DNA of 63,908 nucleotides, filler included, from Licmophora abbreviata (lineage: Eukaryota), in assembly GCA_900291995.1 (NCBI GenBank). It is 15 parts of 15 records of this genome, joined end to end, with 100 filler letters (N's around TTAATTAATTAA, not from the genome) between each part and the next. Parts side by side here need not be neighbours in the genome. Positions count along the whole stretch, not along the records: positions 1 to 4,304 come from OLMU01004065.1; positions 4,405 to 9,434 come from OLMU01004066.1; positions 9,535 to 14,148 come from OLMU01004067.1; 12 more parts are not named here. One strand, given 5' to 3'. Of this stretch, positions 1-12,345 are shown piece by piece. The notes below the pieces were generated by a model. It had not been told where the DNA came from. It searched no databases and saw only the letters and a list, made by a program, of their open reading frames with translations. Position numbers and translations under genes: made by a program. How positions within the stretch are numbered: position 1 is the stretch's first letter; every line of letters starts with the position of its first letter.

Positions 1-239
1 AATAGGAACTTGTCACAAAGATAAACGCTATCGCACTGCGTAGATCGTAGCAACCGGTGCCTGTGGTATGGCGGCAAAGCACAAGACTCGGCCAAAGCTT
101 TGTGCCCACTCTTGCAATCTACTGTAATCTGAGGGAGCTGTCTGAGCCTGATAAGTCCGCCTGCTAGAACTGCTCCGGAATTTGACACAGCGCGACATCA
201 ATCACAGTCAGGCTTTCTCTGTTACCTGGTAGGGAGACC

Positions 240-2488
240 ATGAACATGGATGGGGACGGCGAACCTGTCGCGATTGACGATGATTTCGACACGAAGCTGG
301 GTTCGATCAAAAATTGCGATGGAGAAGGCGGACGAGAGGGAGAGGTCGTAATCAAGATAGTGAGTGCGACCTATGGGGCTTCTGCTAGACGCCGTTTGCT
401 GACGGGTGAAATCAGCACCATAGGTCCTGCGAATGCTCCCTACACGCGAGATGTGGCACCCTTTATAAGAGCCCTTCTCTTGGCCCATCAGCAGCAGGAG
501 AATTACCGCCAGGGGGATGAAATGGAAGAAGAAGCAACTGGAGACTTGGCGACAAGCGCGAACGGCGAAACTGGTGACAACGACATGATTCGATTTGGCG
601 GCGCTCAGCCAGGTGTGAGCACGTTTCTCCCCCTTATGGATGGTAAAACTATGAATGCCATCTTTGGCGATCCGTGTCCTGGGACGTCCAAGCAGCTGAA
701 GATCCATTACGTGGTATTCGACGCTTCAGGTGACGCTCGATCACGAGCTGCAGCTTCGGAACTCCACCGCTCTACGTTTTCGGAACACGAACGTGTTGTC
801 CTTCGTCGTCGCCTCAACTTCTTTCAGGATGAGTCGAAGCTTAAGGATGCGGCTGCTACGGCAGCTCGCAAGTCAGCTGGTATATCTAGTGTTTCGGAAT
901 CGAAAGCTTTGCTTGTCTCACCAGATACGTGCGATGACGCGAGTGACGACGAGTCGACGCTATGTGCCGCGCGGAGGATGGGCCGCTCTCAGTCGATTTT
1001 TGAATTCACGCAGGACATTGCCTCTACGAAACGATTCAAGACCTCTGCTTTTGGTGATGTTCCGAAGAAATGGCGCCTTCGATCGGCGACGTCCGAGATC
1101 GTGCTTCCCATTGTGATGCAGTTCCTCGAGGTTAAGGAACGTGTACAGAGCCAGATGGTCTGCATGTCGTGGCGTTTTATTGTACAGTACTATGGTGTGG
1201 CCAAGACGGTCGATATCAATGATCCTTCTTTTCCCAGCTCACGATCTTTTCTTCGAGGTATCATGTCGCACTCATACTCGAGCCTCCAGAGTCTCTTTCT
1301 GAATGATTTTCGAGAGTTGACAAGGGACGACCTGCACCCTGCAATTCAACATCTCCGAAAGCTTCGGTCGCTTGATATCAGCCGTTGTGAGCAACTCGAC
1401 GACAGCACGTTGAAGCTGATCTCGAGGCATCTAAACCGTTTCTTAGAGGTCTTCTACATGAAAGGGCTGCAGAAAGTGACGGATGAGGGGCTAATCTCAA
1501 TATGCCATCACTGTACGAAGCTCAAAGTTTTGGAGATTTCTAATGTTCCAATTACGGACGAGAGTGGAATAGCGATCGGTGAGAATCTGAAGAAGCTCAG
1601 CGCCTTGTACATGAGGGACAACTATCTCTTGACCAATCGAAGTATCGATATTATCACGGAGAAGTGCAGCCGATTGAGCCAATTGACCCTGTGGGGGTGT
1701 ACCCGGCTGCAACATCTCAGCTTCGACTTACTGAATCGTTCAGGAGTGAGCGGATGCGGAAACTTGGTGCTCTTGAATCTTTGGGGTTGTCACTCGCTGC
1801 TGGATGAGGCTGCTAAAGCCCTCGCACCGATGAAAAGTTTGCGAAGTTTGATTGCAAGCGAATGCCATCGTCTAACCGATAGGTTTGTGGTAAGCACATG
1901 CGTTCTTCTTGTTTTTCCGCTTATAAAAGCTCGTGGCGTGGCGTTTATACTGATCAACAGTGCTCGTCTTTCCTCTTTTAGGTCGGTTTGGCGGAGAATG
2001 TTCCACAGCTTGTCCATCTTCAATTGAGGTATTGCAAACGAGTTACAGACGATGGTGTAAATGTCATTACGAACAGCATGCCTAACCTATACACACTGGA
2101 TCTAAGCTTCTGTACGCGGATCACCGCTGGTTCATTGTTCAACCTGCTGAAGTTGAGGAAAACGTCATTGTCCGAGCTTAGACTTCAGAATTGTCACCAG
2201 TTGAGCGTTGGTGTAGATCCAGATCAGATTGAACCCAGACTTAACGGGGGGAGTTCCGGACGCTCTCTAGTGAACGCGCTCTCGAGTGGTGGGAACTGTT
2301 TGTGCATACTTGACGTAAGGAGCTGTGGTGGACACCCAGACGTGAAGGAACCTTATCTTGATGGTGATCCCTTTGTTCAGGGGATGGGCTTGCTTGACTT
2401 CCAGCAAGTCTTGCCTGGATTTTTTCTAGGCCTGCGAGATGGAATCCGAATGTTCAGCAACGGCTCGTCGATCAGGTCATGTCCTTGA
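240..2488 (+). CDS. F-box/LRR (FBXL-like) protein with an N-terminal SUEL-lectin/DNAJC11-C-like module; exons 240-1889 and 1982-2488 (true stop possibly 2526)
   Basis: IVSATYG...FGDPCPGTSKQLKIHY module. F-box EIVLPIVMQFLEVKERVQSQMVCMSWR. Many Cys-containing LRRs (LRSLDISRCEQLDD, LYTLDLSFCTRIT). GTAAGC...TTTAG intron 1890-1981 joins ORF 240 in frame to ORF 1988. Confidence 0.85.
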
Positions 2489-2693
2489 CGAGGTCAAACA
2501 ACGCAGCTCATACCGTTACTGCATGACTGGCCGCTAGCTAGCTAGAACAGTCACCCTTCGAGTGCGAAGTGTAGACCCTATTATTCTTAGGCTGTTTATC
2601 ACGTTGATTTCCAATCCACTACATACGTAGATATCGAACCGGTCCCGATGCTGAGGTCGCCCTCTTGTAGAGGGCGATCTTTCTCGGACATGG

Positions 2694-4042
2694 TTACGCC
2701 ACCTGTTTAATCATGAAGCGATCGGACGGTTCGCTGATAGGTTTTGGCTTCATAGTCTTTGAGCCAACGCGGTGACTCGCAGCATGGCCTGGGGCGTTTT
2801 CGCACCCAACGCACTGGCAAGAATCCGTGCAATTCTGACCAATATAGTAACATTGGCAGTATTTCTTCAAGCATTTCGATTTTGGGCAGCTACATGTGAC
2901 CTCTTCATTTTCACCCAGCTTCAGCATGGCCGCTCGGTTCTCCTTGCGCGTGGGGCGACGCCCCATGAAAGCATTCTTGTCGCGCTTGAGGACCTTCTCG
3001 ACGGCTTCTAGGCGAGCAGCGCTGTGGACGCTAGTATTCTCACAGTCTTTGCAGCTGCACCTCTCGGCATCGCAGAGCGCACGCTGTAATAGTAAAAAAA
3101 GAAGCGAAAGAAGGGAAACTGTGAGCCAACGTGCGCGACAGGTTTTTCTTTTCAATAATGGATAGACGTTTCACTTACCCCAGCAAAGCATTCGCAGTAC
3201 AGTTTCAAGCAACGATTATTCTTGCATCGGCAAGAGCGTTCTTCATCCGTCGTTGTGCGAACAGGCTTCAAGCTTTTTCCTGGGACCACGGCATTTGTGT
3301 TCGAGTTCTTTGTTAGCTCTTTCAGAGGATCGCGTGTTGCTTCTTTCGATCGCTTCCGCATAGGCAGTTTGTGATTGGGGACAGACGTTCGCTTCTTGCT
3401 GACACTTCGAGCCGGCTTGACTGGTGTTGGAGATTTCGTGAGATCAATATCTGGGACGATGTCATCGTCAAAGCGGTACCGGTAGGCAGTGGAGATGTCG
3501 GGAACATTCTGCGGCTGGGGCGTCGGAGTCGGGACTGTCTGACGACCCCGTCTCACGGGGGTCTCCTTCGACTCGTCGGTTTTCTTTGGAGTTCTGATCA
3601 TCATACTGGCGTAGAGAAGGCAGTCAAATTGACTGCGAGAGAGTTCGGGTCGATTGGTACTAGTCTTCTTTTTGCCTTCGACACCGATACGGGCTGTGGG
3701 AGTGGCAGCAACACGTGCAGGTGGCGGCATGGTCTCTACGGCTGCCAAACCCCGAGCCGTTCCTGGCCTGCCGTGAACACTCTCTTGACGATCATCGCTG
3801 GTGGACCATTGATAGTGGTTTGCGGTGAAGGTGGGAGCAGGCGGGACTGGTGCATACGGATACTGACGGTGTGCGTTCGGCTCCACATGCCGCCGCTCAA
3901 AATGGCGAGCTTGCGGTGCCAACCGAGAACCTGGGAGGGTCGCCCGGTACACTGTCGGGTGATCATCTCGGCGGTCGACCGTGCCGTTCGGCGCAGAGGC
4001 GAAAGAAGAAGGGTAGCGGTATATGGAAGGGTTCATGGTCAA
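2694..4042 (-). CDS. Tesmin/TSO1/LIN54-like CXC (CRC) domain DNA-binding protein; exons ~4042-3179 and 3083-2694
   Basis: Removing the GTAAGT...TACAG intron (3178-3084) gives [34 protein letters not shown]. An R.P.AF-like hinge (KRDKNAF) follows, then a second CRC domain CSCPKSKCLKKYCQCY...CTDSCQCVGCEN. Confidence 0.9.
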
Positions 4043-4080
4043 CTAACTAGTTTGTGCAACGAGAAGAAGTGGATGGAGGT

Positions 4081-4233
4081 TTCAAATCGGCGAAGACTAA
4101 ACCGGTCCTGGTTTGAAACTGATCAGCGGTAGTTTGAAATGAAACGATCAAGTCGAAAAGGTACAATTCTACGTATGGGCCGGTACATGGCATCGAAATT
4201 TGAAATTTGAGAAGGAAACGGATAAATTTTGAA
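4081..4233. promoter_or_regulatory. Cluster of five CHR-like TTTGAA boxes upstream of the CXC gene
   Basis: TTCAAA 4081-4086. TTTGAA at 4112, 4133, 4199 and 4228. Near-match TTTGAG at 4206. Confidence 0.55.
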
Positions 4234-4304
4234 ATTCAGTTGGGCCTACCGTCTGTATGCCTACCGGTATCATCCTACTCACCCGGAGTCATCAGTCTAT
4301 GATA

Positions 4305-4404
4305 NNNNNNNNNNNNNNNNNNNNNNNNNNNNNNNNNNNNNNNNNNNNTTAATTAATTAANNNNNNNNNNNNNNNNNNNNNNNNNNNNNNNNNNNNNNNN
4401 NNNN
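4305..4404. other. Artificial scaffold/concatenation linker N44-TTAATTAATTAA-N44 (first of 14). Others: 9435-9534, 14149-14248, 23735-23834, 24872-24971, 27749-27848, 33790-33889, 36197-36296, 39144-39243, 41760-41859, 50417-50516, 52416-52515, 59301-59400, 61246-61345
   Basis: Identical 100-nt blocks. TTAATTAATTAA places stops in all six frames. Confidence 0.98.
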
Positions 4405-7400
4405 TGTTCGCGAAGTACAGCGCAGTATAGTGCATTACAAAGCAGAGCAGCAGCACGCCGCACTGGCCTTGAAGCGTCCAGCATCAGCGCCATTTTCACC
4501 AAACGAATCAGCGATGGACAGTGACGCGCCACGAGATCAACGTCGGAAGCTGACAGCAACTCAGATACTACTGTGATACATGCCGACCGGACGAGATCCC
4601 TTTCTTCTGTCTCGAAGACGGGGCCGCCGGTACGCACTCTCAAAGCCTTCTCTTCCCGTAGAGTATCAGGCTCCTTGTCCAGGTTCCTTTCGATGTAAGG
4701 TCCCTCGAGAAAATATTCGTGAGTATGCTCTTGTATACTGTCAGCCATCAGCGCTTCTTCAGGTTCCTCTATGTTGCGTCTTCCATAAAGCATGAGATTC
4801 ATGAGAAAGGAAACAAACTCATCCACTCCTCTTCCTCTTCTTCGAATCACGAAAAGCAACGCCTCGGTGACTTTGACGCGCTGCGAGTCGCTTAATGCCG
4901 TCTCTATGCACGTGCTTTCACCCTTCTTGCCCTTGGTATGGATCCTCGTGACGCCAGCACAGACAGCTTCGCCAAGCAAGGGGATGACTGATCGGGGACT
5001 GACATCGGCCACGGCTACAATCGCTTGTATTCCCGCCAGGTAGACGTATGATTCCAGGTCGGCGAGGGCGGTAAGTGACACACGGAAGACTTCGTGGGCT
5101 GCTTTATGGCGGTGGGTTATCATTGATTCATTCCTGTCTCCTTCCATGACTTGAGTAATCAACGGTTGGTCTCGCTGCTGTGTACCCTCGGCTTCGAGAC
5201 AATCATGAGCTAGACGACGAAGAGAAAGTACTCCTCGAGCTCGTATTGGCGGCTGAGTCGATTTCAAATCATTCTCCGCCCCCTGGATGGTGTCAGTCAG
5301 TACCTGTGCTTCTGATCTCTCTCCCGGCGCAGGGTCTGCCAGTTCTATTTCCGCCACGGTCCTTGCCGCGATTAACGTCATGGCATAACTCGCCATTTCA
5401 GCCATTTCCGCCTGAACCCTCGAAGAGGAGTCTTCCTCGCTGACGTTCAACAAGCTCTTGTATTCGGCGAGCGCCGTCAGGGAAGGTACCATGGACTGAA
5501 GGACGGCCTCCTCCATCTTAGAACGCCGTTTGCTACCAAAGTCTAACATGGCAATGACCATGCTTACCACGAGCGACGCCGTGGACAAGAGCGTGTCAAC
5601 TTGCAGGTCATCAGCACTATCGCCGGTGTCATGTTCGTTGATGTGAATATCAAGGTATCGTCGGAACACGGCGTCGGCCAAATGAAAGTCATGTTTTCGT
5701 TTAGCGTGACCTGGACCATCTGCCTGTGATCTTGGACGATTTTCTGAATCAACTCCAATCGCATTCATCGCTCACCGCAGCACCGGCACAATCCAGTATC
5801 AGTTTGATCATGCTTAGAATGCCAATTCCCCCGCTACCAGCAAGCAAAAGGGATTCTGCGCTGCATTCTTCACACACTCGCGGCAGCATCAGCATAACCG
5901 CCCACTGAACGTTTTCTCGGTCCGCCCAGTAGACAGGAGGGAGCTCCATATGGTATATAGAACCAGAGGACAAAGAAGACGAAAGCGATGAAAAGTAGCA
6001 AAGCAGCAGCAAATGAAACACTCGGGAAGGGAATCTGGTAGCCTCAAAATCCTCACCACGGTGGTCTTCTTGTGCAGCTTCGCCGTCGTTTAGAGCCGCC
6101 AACAGCTCTCCCACGATCAATCCGACTCTTGACTCCATCTCTTTCACAATGTCATTCGTGCTTGCGATAGCGCCGCTGCCGGTACGTCTATGAAATACAG
6201 TCGTCAAATAAGCTCTGTCAGTATCGAGAGCTTCTGACGACATCACATACCGAAACCCAAGCAGATCTAGGTCTGTAGGAGGTATCGCATACAGAAGCGC
6301 CATGGCGAGTAGATCACTTCCATCTGCAGCAGATTGACTCTCAGAGACGGGGAACGAGGTCCGCACCATAGTTGAACACAGCAGACGAAGTGCCACAACA
6401 GCATCTTGTTTCACATCGCATTCCAGCACAGACGGCGTCGAGGCGAGTCTCAGGATCTGACCCAACAAGGTCACTCGTGCCCCGTGAGCTAGCGTCTCCG
6501 TTCTCTGTCGTGCTGGACATAAAAGGAGACGGACAATCTTCAGACAGTTTGCTGCCGAAGATGGGATAGAGTGAAGTAGGGCTACAATGCGGCGCACAGT
6601 TCTGTGCGCCGATGTAGGCGACAGGTCTTGCTTGTCATCCGGAATTAGACCTTTCGCGAAGTGAGGTAGTACATGACGGAAAAGTGTCGTCATCGATAAT
6701 CGAGTCGTCACGGCCCAAACGGTCAGTGACCCAGCCTGTTGTGAGAAATCGTTCGTCGTGTCCAAATTCCTTGCATCCAACAGCTCTACTAGTTGCGAGC
6801 ACAACGCTGCAGAGTAGGAGTCGTCCATCTTCCCTGCGGTCAAAGCCCCGGCAAGGCGCAAGCTGGCGCCGCTTCGGTCCTGGGCTGGTGCCATCTGAAC
6901 AAAGACCTGAACGATGGATGTCAAATCTCGACCGGCCATCTCCATCAATAAGAGAGATACTCGTTGTCGAAGCCAAGGAGGAGCCTGTGTACCTTGGAGT
7001 AGTAGAGTTTGATAAGACTTTGCCTGTAGGAAAGAGTCCACTGGTTTGTATCCGACTGGTAGCATTGATGGATGGGGCAAGAAGGTGTGCACGATATCAT
7101 CGTAGCCTTCAGGTATATACAAGTTTACCTCGAGTAGTCCAGTCCTCATCCATTCCTGTTCGAGAGCTTCTGCTTGGAAAATGGCTGCGTGCACGTCGGC
7201 CACGTGTCTGGGTAGTAACATGGGACGAAAACGATCCAGTAGTACCACCTGTCCAAGAATGGTCACTGTCTGTTTCAGTTCCAATACCACTCGGGCAGCT
7301 GCCGTCGCACTTGCTGGTGGAAGTGGTGCACTGTCCGTCACAGATACTCCCCATAACAGACTGGCTCGAGGAATACGCCCCGCAAGTGACGAAGGCAAGC

Positions 7401-8040
7401 CTTGCTTCACTCGTTTGTCCACGGGCCCCAGAAAGTTCGACTGCAACTGCGGCAGTATGGATGTGCAAACCAAGAACTCCATCAAGACAGCGATATCTGT
7501 GTACTGTTGAATTGACAGTAAACCGCGAGGTGGCGGTGGCTTAGCCATGGATCGTCGACACGGTACAGCAGGTGCCGGAGGTGGAGGCGTCTGTGGAAGT
7601 GTGTCCAAGACCGCATAGCACTGGCCTAGACGGCACAAGAGAGGCCATGTCACCCGGGATACCATCCTATAGCGATCTTTTTCCATACCACAGTTATCAG
7701 GGACTGATTTTTCGTGGAGATCCGAAGCTTTCTCATCGCCGAGCACCGGTCCACATTGCTTCGTGATCCGCTGGATTCCCACATCTTGGCTGAACCGATC
7801 CTCGTATAGCTTCACCTTTCCCAAGGACGGCTGCACCTCATCTTCTGGAGAACATTTGTTCTTGAGATGATCCCTGAAGGCATCCGTGCTTCGCAGTCGC
7901 TCAATGGTAAGCTGGATCTGACGCACGACTTGCGCGGCGCAGTCCTCAATTTGGTCGACCGTGGCATCATCGTCGTCGTCTTTCATCATCATGATTGCCA
8001 GAAAAACCAAAGATTCACTGTACGCTCTGGCATGCGACAA
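4405..8040 (-). CDS. TANGO6/RTP1-like HEAT/ARM-repeat protein; 3'-truncated by gap, one frame break near 5750-5770
   Basis: RTP1 C-terminal signature DLKSTQPPIRARGVLSLRRL...LADLESYVYLAGIQAI...RVKVTEAL...VRSACI...VRRAA. ORFs 5749-8040 and 4353-5768 overlap in different frames. Confidence 0.75.
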
Positions 8041-8531
8041 TCATTTCTGTAGTACCTATCTAGTGATTTAGAATTCGGCGTCCATTCATGCATCTCGTTG
8101 TAATCACCATGGTTTTCGAAGTCTGGAGACGACTTTTTTTCTCGTCGGCGGCGGCGCGCCACAGATTGTGATGCTATTCGAATCATTCGACTCATTCTCA
8201 GCCAAGAGAGAGCTGATCGATGAGAGAGAACTTTCGCTCGCCCGCCCGCCTTAGTAACAACATCTTAGAGTACGAATGCTTGTATGCAAAGTAATTATAT
8301 TCACTTATGTAGTTTCAAAAATGCCCGGAGTACCACTCGGACATTCTGAAAAAAATGTCAACGTCATTTCCGATCTTCCTGCCGCGATTCTTCAACGCAC
8401 CGTGGATCTTCCAATCTTTTCTCTCGTTCACACACATTCATTCCTGCATTGAAACGAGCTAGGTATCTTGCCCGTTTTTTATCCTTTCTGTTGGACGGAT
8501 CATACTTTTCTGGTCTTAGAACGCAGCCGTC

Positions 8532-10463
8532 ATGTCGGAGCCGCAAACATTGGTCGATAGCTTCTTGAAATGGGCGGAAAAGTGCCCGGACCGCCGTTTC
8601 ATGACGCAGCCCATGGTACGTGCCTGCACGCGAGTCGAACACGACTTGAGAAAGTGCTTGTTTTGCTGCGTTTGCGGGACGAACTCGTCGTTCTGACTCC
8701 TTGTTTTCTTCTCACAGGGCGGAGGGGATGCGAACCTCAAGTACTGGACTTTCGCGGAAGTCCTGGACGAGGCCAAACGCATGGCAGCCTACCTCGAGAG
8801 CCTCAAGCTCCCCAAAGGGTCCAAGGTTGCTCTCATGAGTAAGAACTGCAGCTACTGGATCATTGCTGATCTTGCCATTTGGCTTGCTGGACATGTCACG
8901 GTTCCTGTCTACCCTACACTCACTGCTGATACGGTCAGTTACATCCTGGAGCACTCTGAGAGCAAGCTCCTCTTCATTGGCAAGCTCGACGACAATCCAT
9001 GGGGCGAGATGAAGAACGGAGTGCCCAAAGGTCTCCCAACGGTCAGCTTCCCCCTTTCGCCTGCCGGCGACTACGATGGAGGCAAGCATGCCAAGTGGGA
9101 TGACTTGATCAAGAAATTCCAGCCCATTTCCGAAATCGTCACTCGCACCCCGGCGGAAATGGCCACCATCATTTACACGAGCGGCAGTACTGGACGCCCC
9201 AAGGGAGTCATGCATGACTTCGACACCATGTTCGTCACCACTGTCGGCATTGTCGAGCAGCTCAACGCAACTGACAAGGATCGCTACCTCAGCTACCTTC
9301 CTCTTGCTCATGGCATGGAACGTTGGTTGGGAGAGTGCGTTGCACTCCAGGCTGGGGTCGAGCTCTTCTTCGCTGAAACCTTGGCTACCTTTGTCAAGGA
9401 CTTGAACCGTGCCGAACCGACTCTCTTTGTCTCTNNNNNNNNNNNNNNNNNNNNNNNNNNNNNNNNNNNNNNNNNNNNTTAATTAATTAANNNNNNNNNN
9501 NNNNNNNNNNNNNNNNNNNNNNNNNNNNNNNNNNTGAACCGTGCCGAACCGACTCTCTTTGTCTCTGTTCCCCGACTCTGGACGAAATTCCAGTTGGGTG
9601 TCTTCAAGAAGATGCCCCCTGGAAAGCTCAACTTTCTTCTCAAGGTGCCTGTAGTCAGCTACCTGATCAGAAAAAAGATTGTGAAGGGTCTTGGCCTGCA
9701 CAAGGTGCGGATTGCGGGCTCTGGTTCTGCCCCCATCCCGGCAGAGCTCATCATGTGGTACCGTAATCTTGGATTGGAGCTTCTCGAGGGATACGGAATG
9801 ACGGAGAACTTCAACTACAGTCACTTGAGTCTCCCGGGGAAGTCCCGTGTGGGCTACGTCGGAAATGCCTATCCCAATGTGGACGTGCGCATTGCCGATG
9901 ACGGAGAAATCCAGATCAAGAGTCCTGGTCAGATGATGGGATACTACAAGAACCCGGAAGCGACCAAGGAAACCATGACGGATGATGGCTACCTTCGTAC
10001 CGGAGATCGTGGAGAGATTGACTCGGCGGGACGGCTCAAGATTACGGGTCGTACCAAGGAACTCTTCAAGACTTCCAAGGGCAAGTACGTGGCCCCGGCT
10101 CCGATCGAGAACAAAATTATCAATCACCCCTTGATTGAACTGGCTTGCGTGGGCGGATCTTCTTTCCCGCAGCCTCATGCGGTGGTGCAGCTGAGCGAGG
10201 ATGCCAAAAAGGATGCGGCTTCGGGCGAAAAGGCGTCGATCGAGGCGGCGTTGCTTGCCCACCTGAAGGCGGTCAATCCTACCTTGGATCAACACGAGCA
10301 GATGGAATTTCTGGTCGTTGTCAAGGACGACTGGTTGCCGGAGAATGGATTCTTGACCCCCACGCAAAAGATTGTCCGACGCAAGATCGAGGAGGAATAC
10401 AGCCCGAACAGTGAGACGTGGTACGGCTCGAAGAAGAAGATCATTTGGTATGGCTGGGACTGA
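8532..10463 (+). CDS. Long-chain acyl-CoA synthetase (AMP-binding); exon 1 8532-8615, intron 8616-8717, continuous across linker 9435-9534
   Basis: IIYTSGSTGRPKGVMH, YLPLAH, EGYGMTE, YLRTGDRG, GRTKELFKTSKGKYVAP and LTPTQKI motifs. 32 nt (9403-9434) are duplicated after the gap (9535-9566). Confidence 0.93.
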
Positions 10464-10839
10464 GGAGTGTGCGTACCAGTATCCTAATAAGTCAAGAGAA
10501 ATGATGAAGGTTGTGGTAGCTTGTTGGCGGTGAGTGCCTGCCTGCCTGCCTGAGTCTTGATGAAGATGATGAATATTTTTCGTTCCATACTAATTACTGG
10601 GATGCACATCAAGTGACGTTAGGGTAGCTTACATTGTCTAGAAAACGTATACCAATCGAGCTGTAGGGCGGTTGAGGTTTACCTGTACCAGTGCGTAGGA
10701 CGATTATTAGGTCAAAGAAGTCCAACGGCGCTTCCGGACGTCGCCGTGCTGTCGACGAAAGCGACAAGTCAGAGGTACAACGAACAGGCGCCAGTGGCCC
10801 TAACAGCAACTCATTGTAACGTTCTTCGTGTAAATAGAA

Positions 10840-12345
10840 TTATTGCGCTGAAGCAGCAGCGCTCGCCTCAGCTGGTTTCTCCTCTTCCTGTTTCTTGCCA
10901 CTGCTGCCCACCCAGGCTGCCATTTCTGTTGGAACTGCGCTTGATCCGGACTCCACGCGCTTCCATGCATCGCTGTCGGCGCGCAGTGGTGTTCTCTGCA
11001 CCATGTAGTGGAAATTGGCATCTGTCGAATCACGCGATACGTTTAATGAGGACACAGATTGCAACAACATAATGCACGCTCTCGCGTCCTAATAGATGAC
11101 ATACCTGCCACAAGGTCTTCAAACGAAGGACCGGTCGCAATTCCCGCCTGTGCAGCCTTTCGCTTGTCGTCAGCCGACATGCTCTCCATATCCTCCAGGG
11201 CGTCCCAGTACTCTGGTAGATCAATCTTTGGAGGGTTCGCTTCATAGTATGCTCTCACCAGTAGAGATTGCGTCAAAGAAAAGGCATTGGAAGTGAACCA
11301 GTAGATCGTCAGGCCCGCCGGCACTTGAAGAGAAAAGAACCCAATCATGAGCGGCAAGAACTTGAGCACATTTTGAGTCGTTTCCGATTGTCTGGCTTCA
11401 TCTTCTGACATGCCTGAAGTGTCAACGGCTGGAGTTAGGACCCGCATGGTGATTGACTGTCCCAGCACAAGCAGTACAGGCATGATCAGAAAGGCCAGTG
11501 TGGTTTCCCAACCCAAAGGCGGCGTCTGCGTGCCGTCGATCATCGTCCATCCCTGAGTCAACCAGTCCATTCCGCGATAGTCTGGGGCACTCACTGGCCC
11601 TTCCAACGACGGGATGAACAAAAATGGCTCGTTCAGCTTATTGTCCATTGCCAGCAATCTAACACCCCGATACAAACCAAGAAAGATCGGTAGCTGTACA
11701 ATGCTCAAAAGACATCCTGAAAGTGGATTCTGCTGGGAATCTTCAAACAACTTTGCAACGGCCCGGTTCTGCGCATCCTCATTTCCCTTGAACTTTTGTT
11801 TGATTTCGTCCTGATAGGGCTTGAGAGCCTTCATGTACTCCGCCGATTTCGACTGCTGGACAGAGAGTGGAATCAATAACGAGCGGACGCCTGCACAAAA
11901 CGCGGGCATGAGGGACATAAGCTCATAGCTATCGACCGAGCACATCTACAACCGGCGGGAACTTACCTGCTGTAAAGAGCGCAATGGAAATGCCCCAGGT
12001 TTGCGTGACGCCCACGCTGCGAAGAGGCTGGTCGACTGTTTCATGCACAAGCTCGAGCGACCTCTTGAAAACGTTAAGGTAGGACTGCCACCAGCCAACA
12101 TCTTGCTTAGCAGTGTCTCCCACCGCATCCGCCAGCCACGATGTTGTCGATGATGCAGCATCGAAATGATTCACTGCCTGTGTCAAGGCATCGACGTGTT
12201 CCGGAAGGATTGCATGGATTGCCTTGGTGGTGGTCGGATTCACGTGGTACGGTGTCAGAGTGCGCGCCGGAGGAGCAAACGCCCACGCCGACGGAGTCGC
12301 GCTACTCCAACAAGCCGCAAGGAACAAGCAAAGAAATCCTCTCAT
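10840..12345 (-). CDS. ALB3: Plastid ALB3/YidC/Oxa1 membrane insertase (diatom ALB3b-like C-terminus); exons 12345-11967, 11890-11105, 11021-10840
   Basis: Signal peptide plus AWA|FAP motif. TWGISIALFTAGVRSLLIPL, NPLSGCLLSIVQLPIFLGLY and KFLPLMIGFFSLQVPAGLTIYWFTSN. Two canonical GT-AG introns restore the frame. Confidence 0.92.

Noticed and set aside
4349..4360. Recurrent TTAATTAATTAA as a biological repeat or CRISPR-like element
   Set aside because: Always centred in identical N44 blocks; it is an artificial six-frame-stop linker.
9483..10367. Long antisense ORFs (e.g. 9483-10367, 6684-7544, 18111-18884, 54025-54789, 30976-31716)
   Set aside because: Shadows of well-supported genes on the opposite strand with no recognisable motifs.
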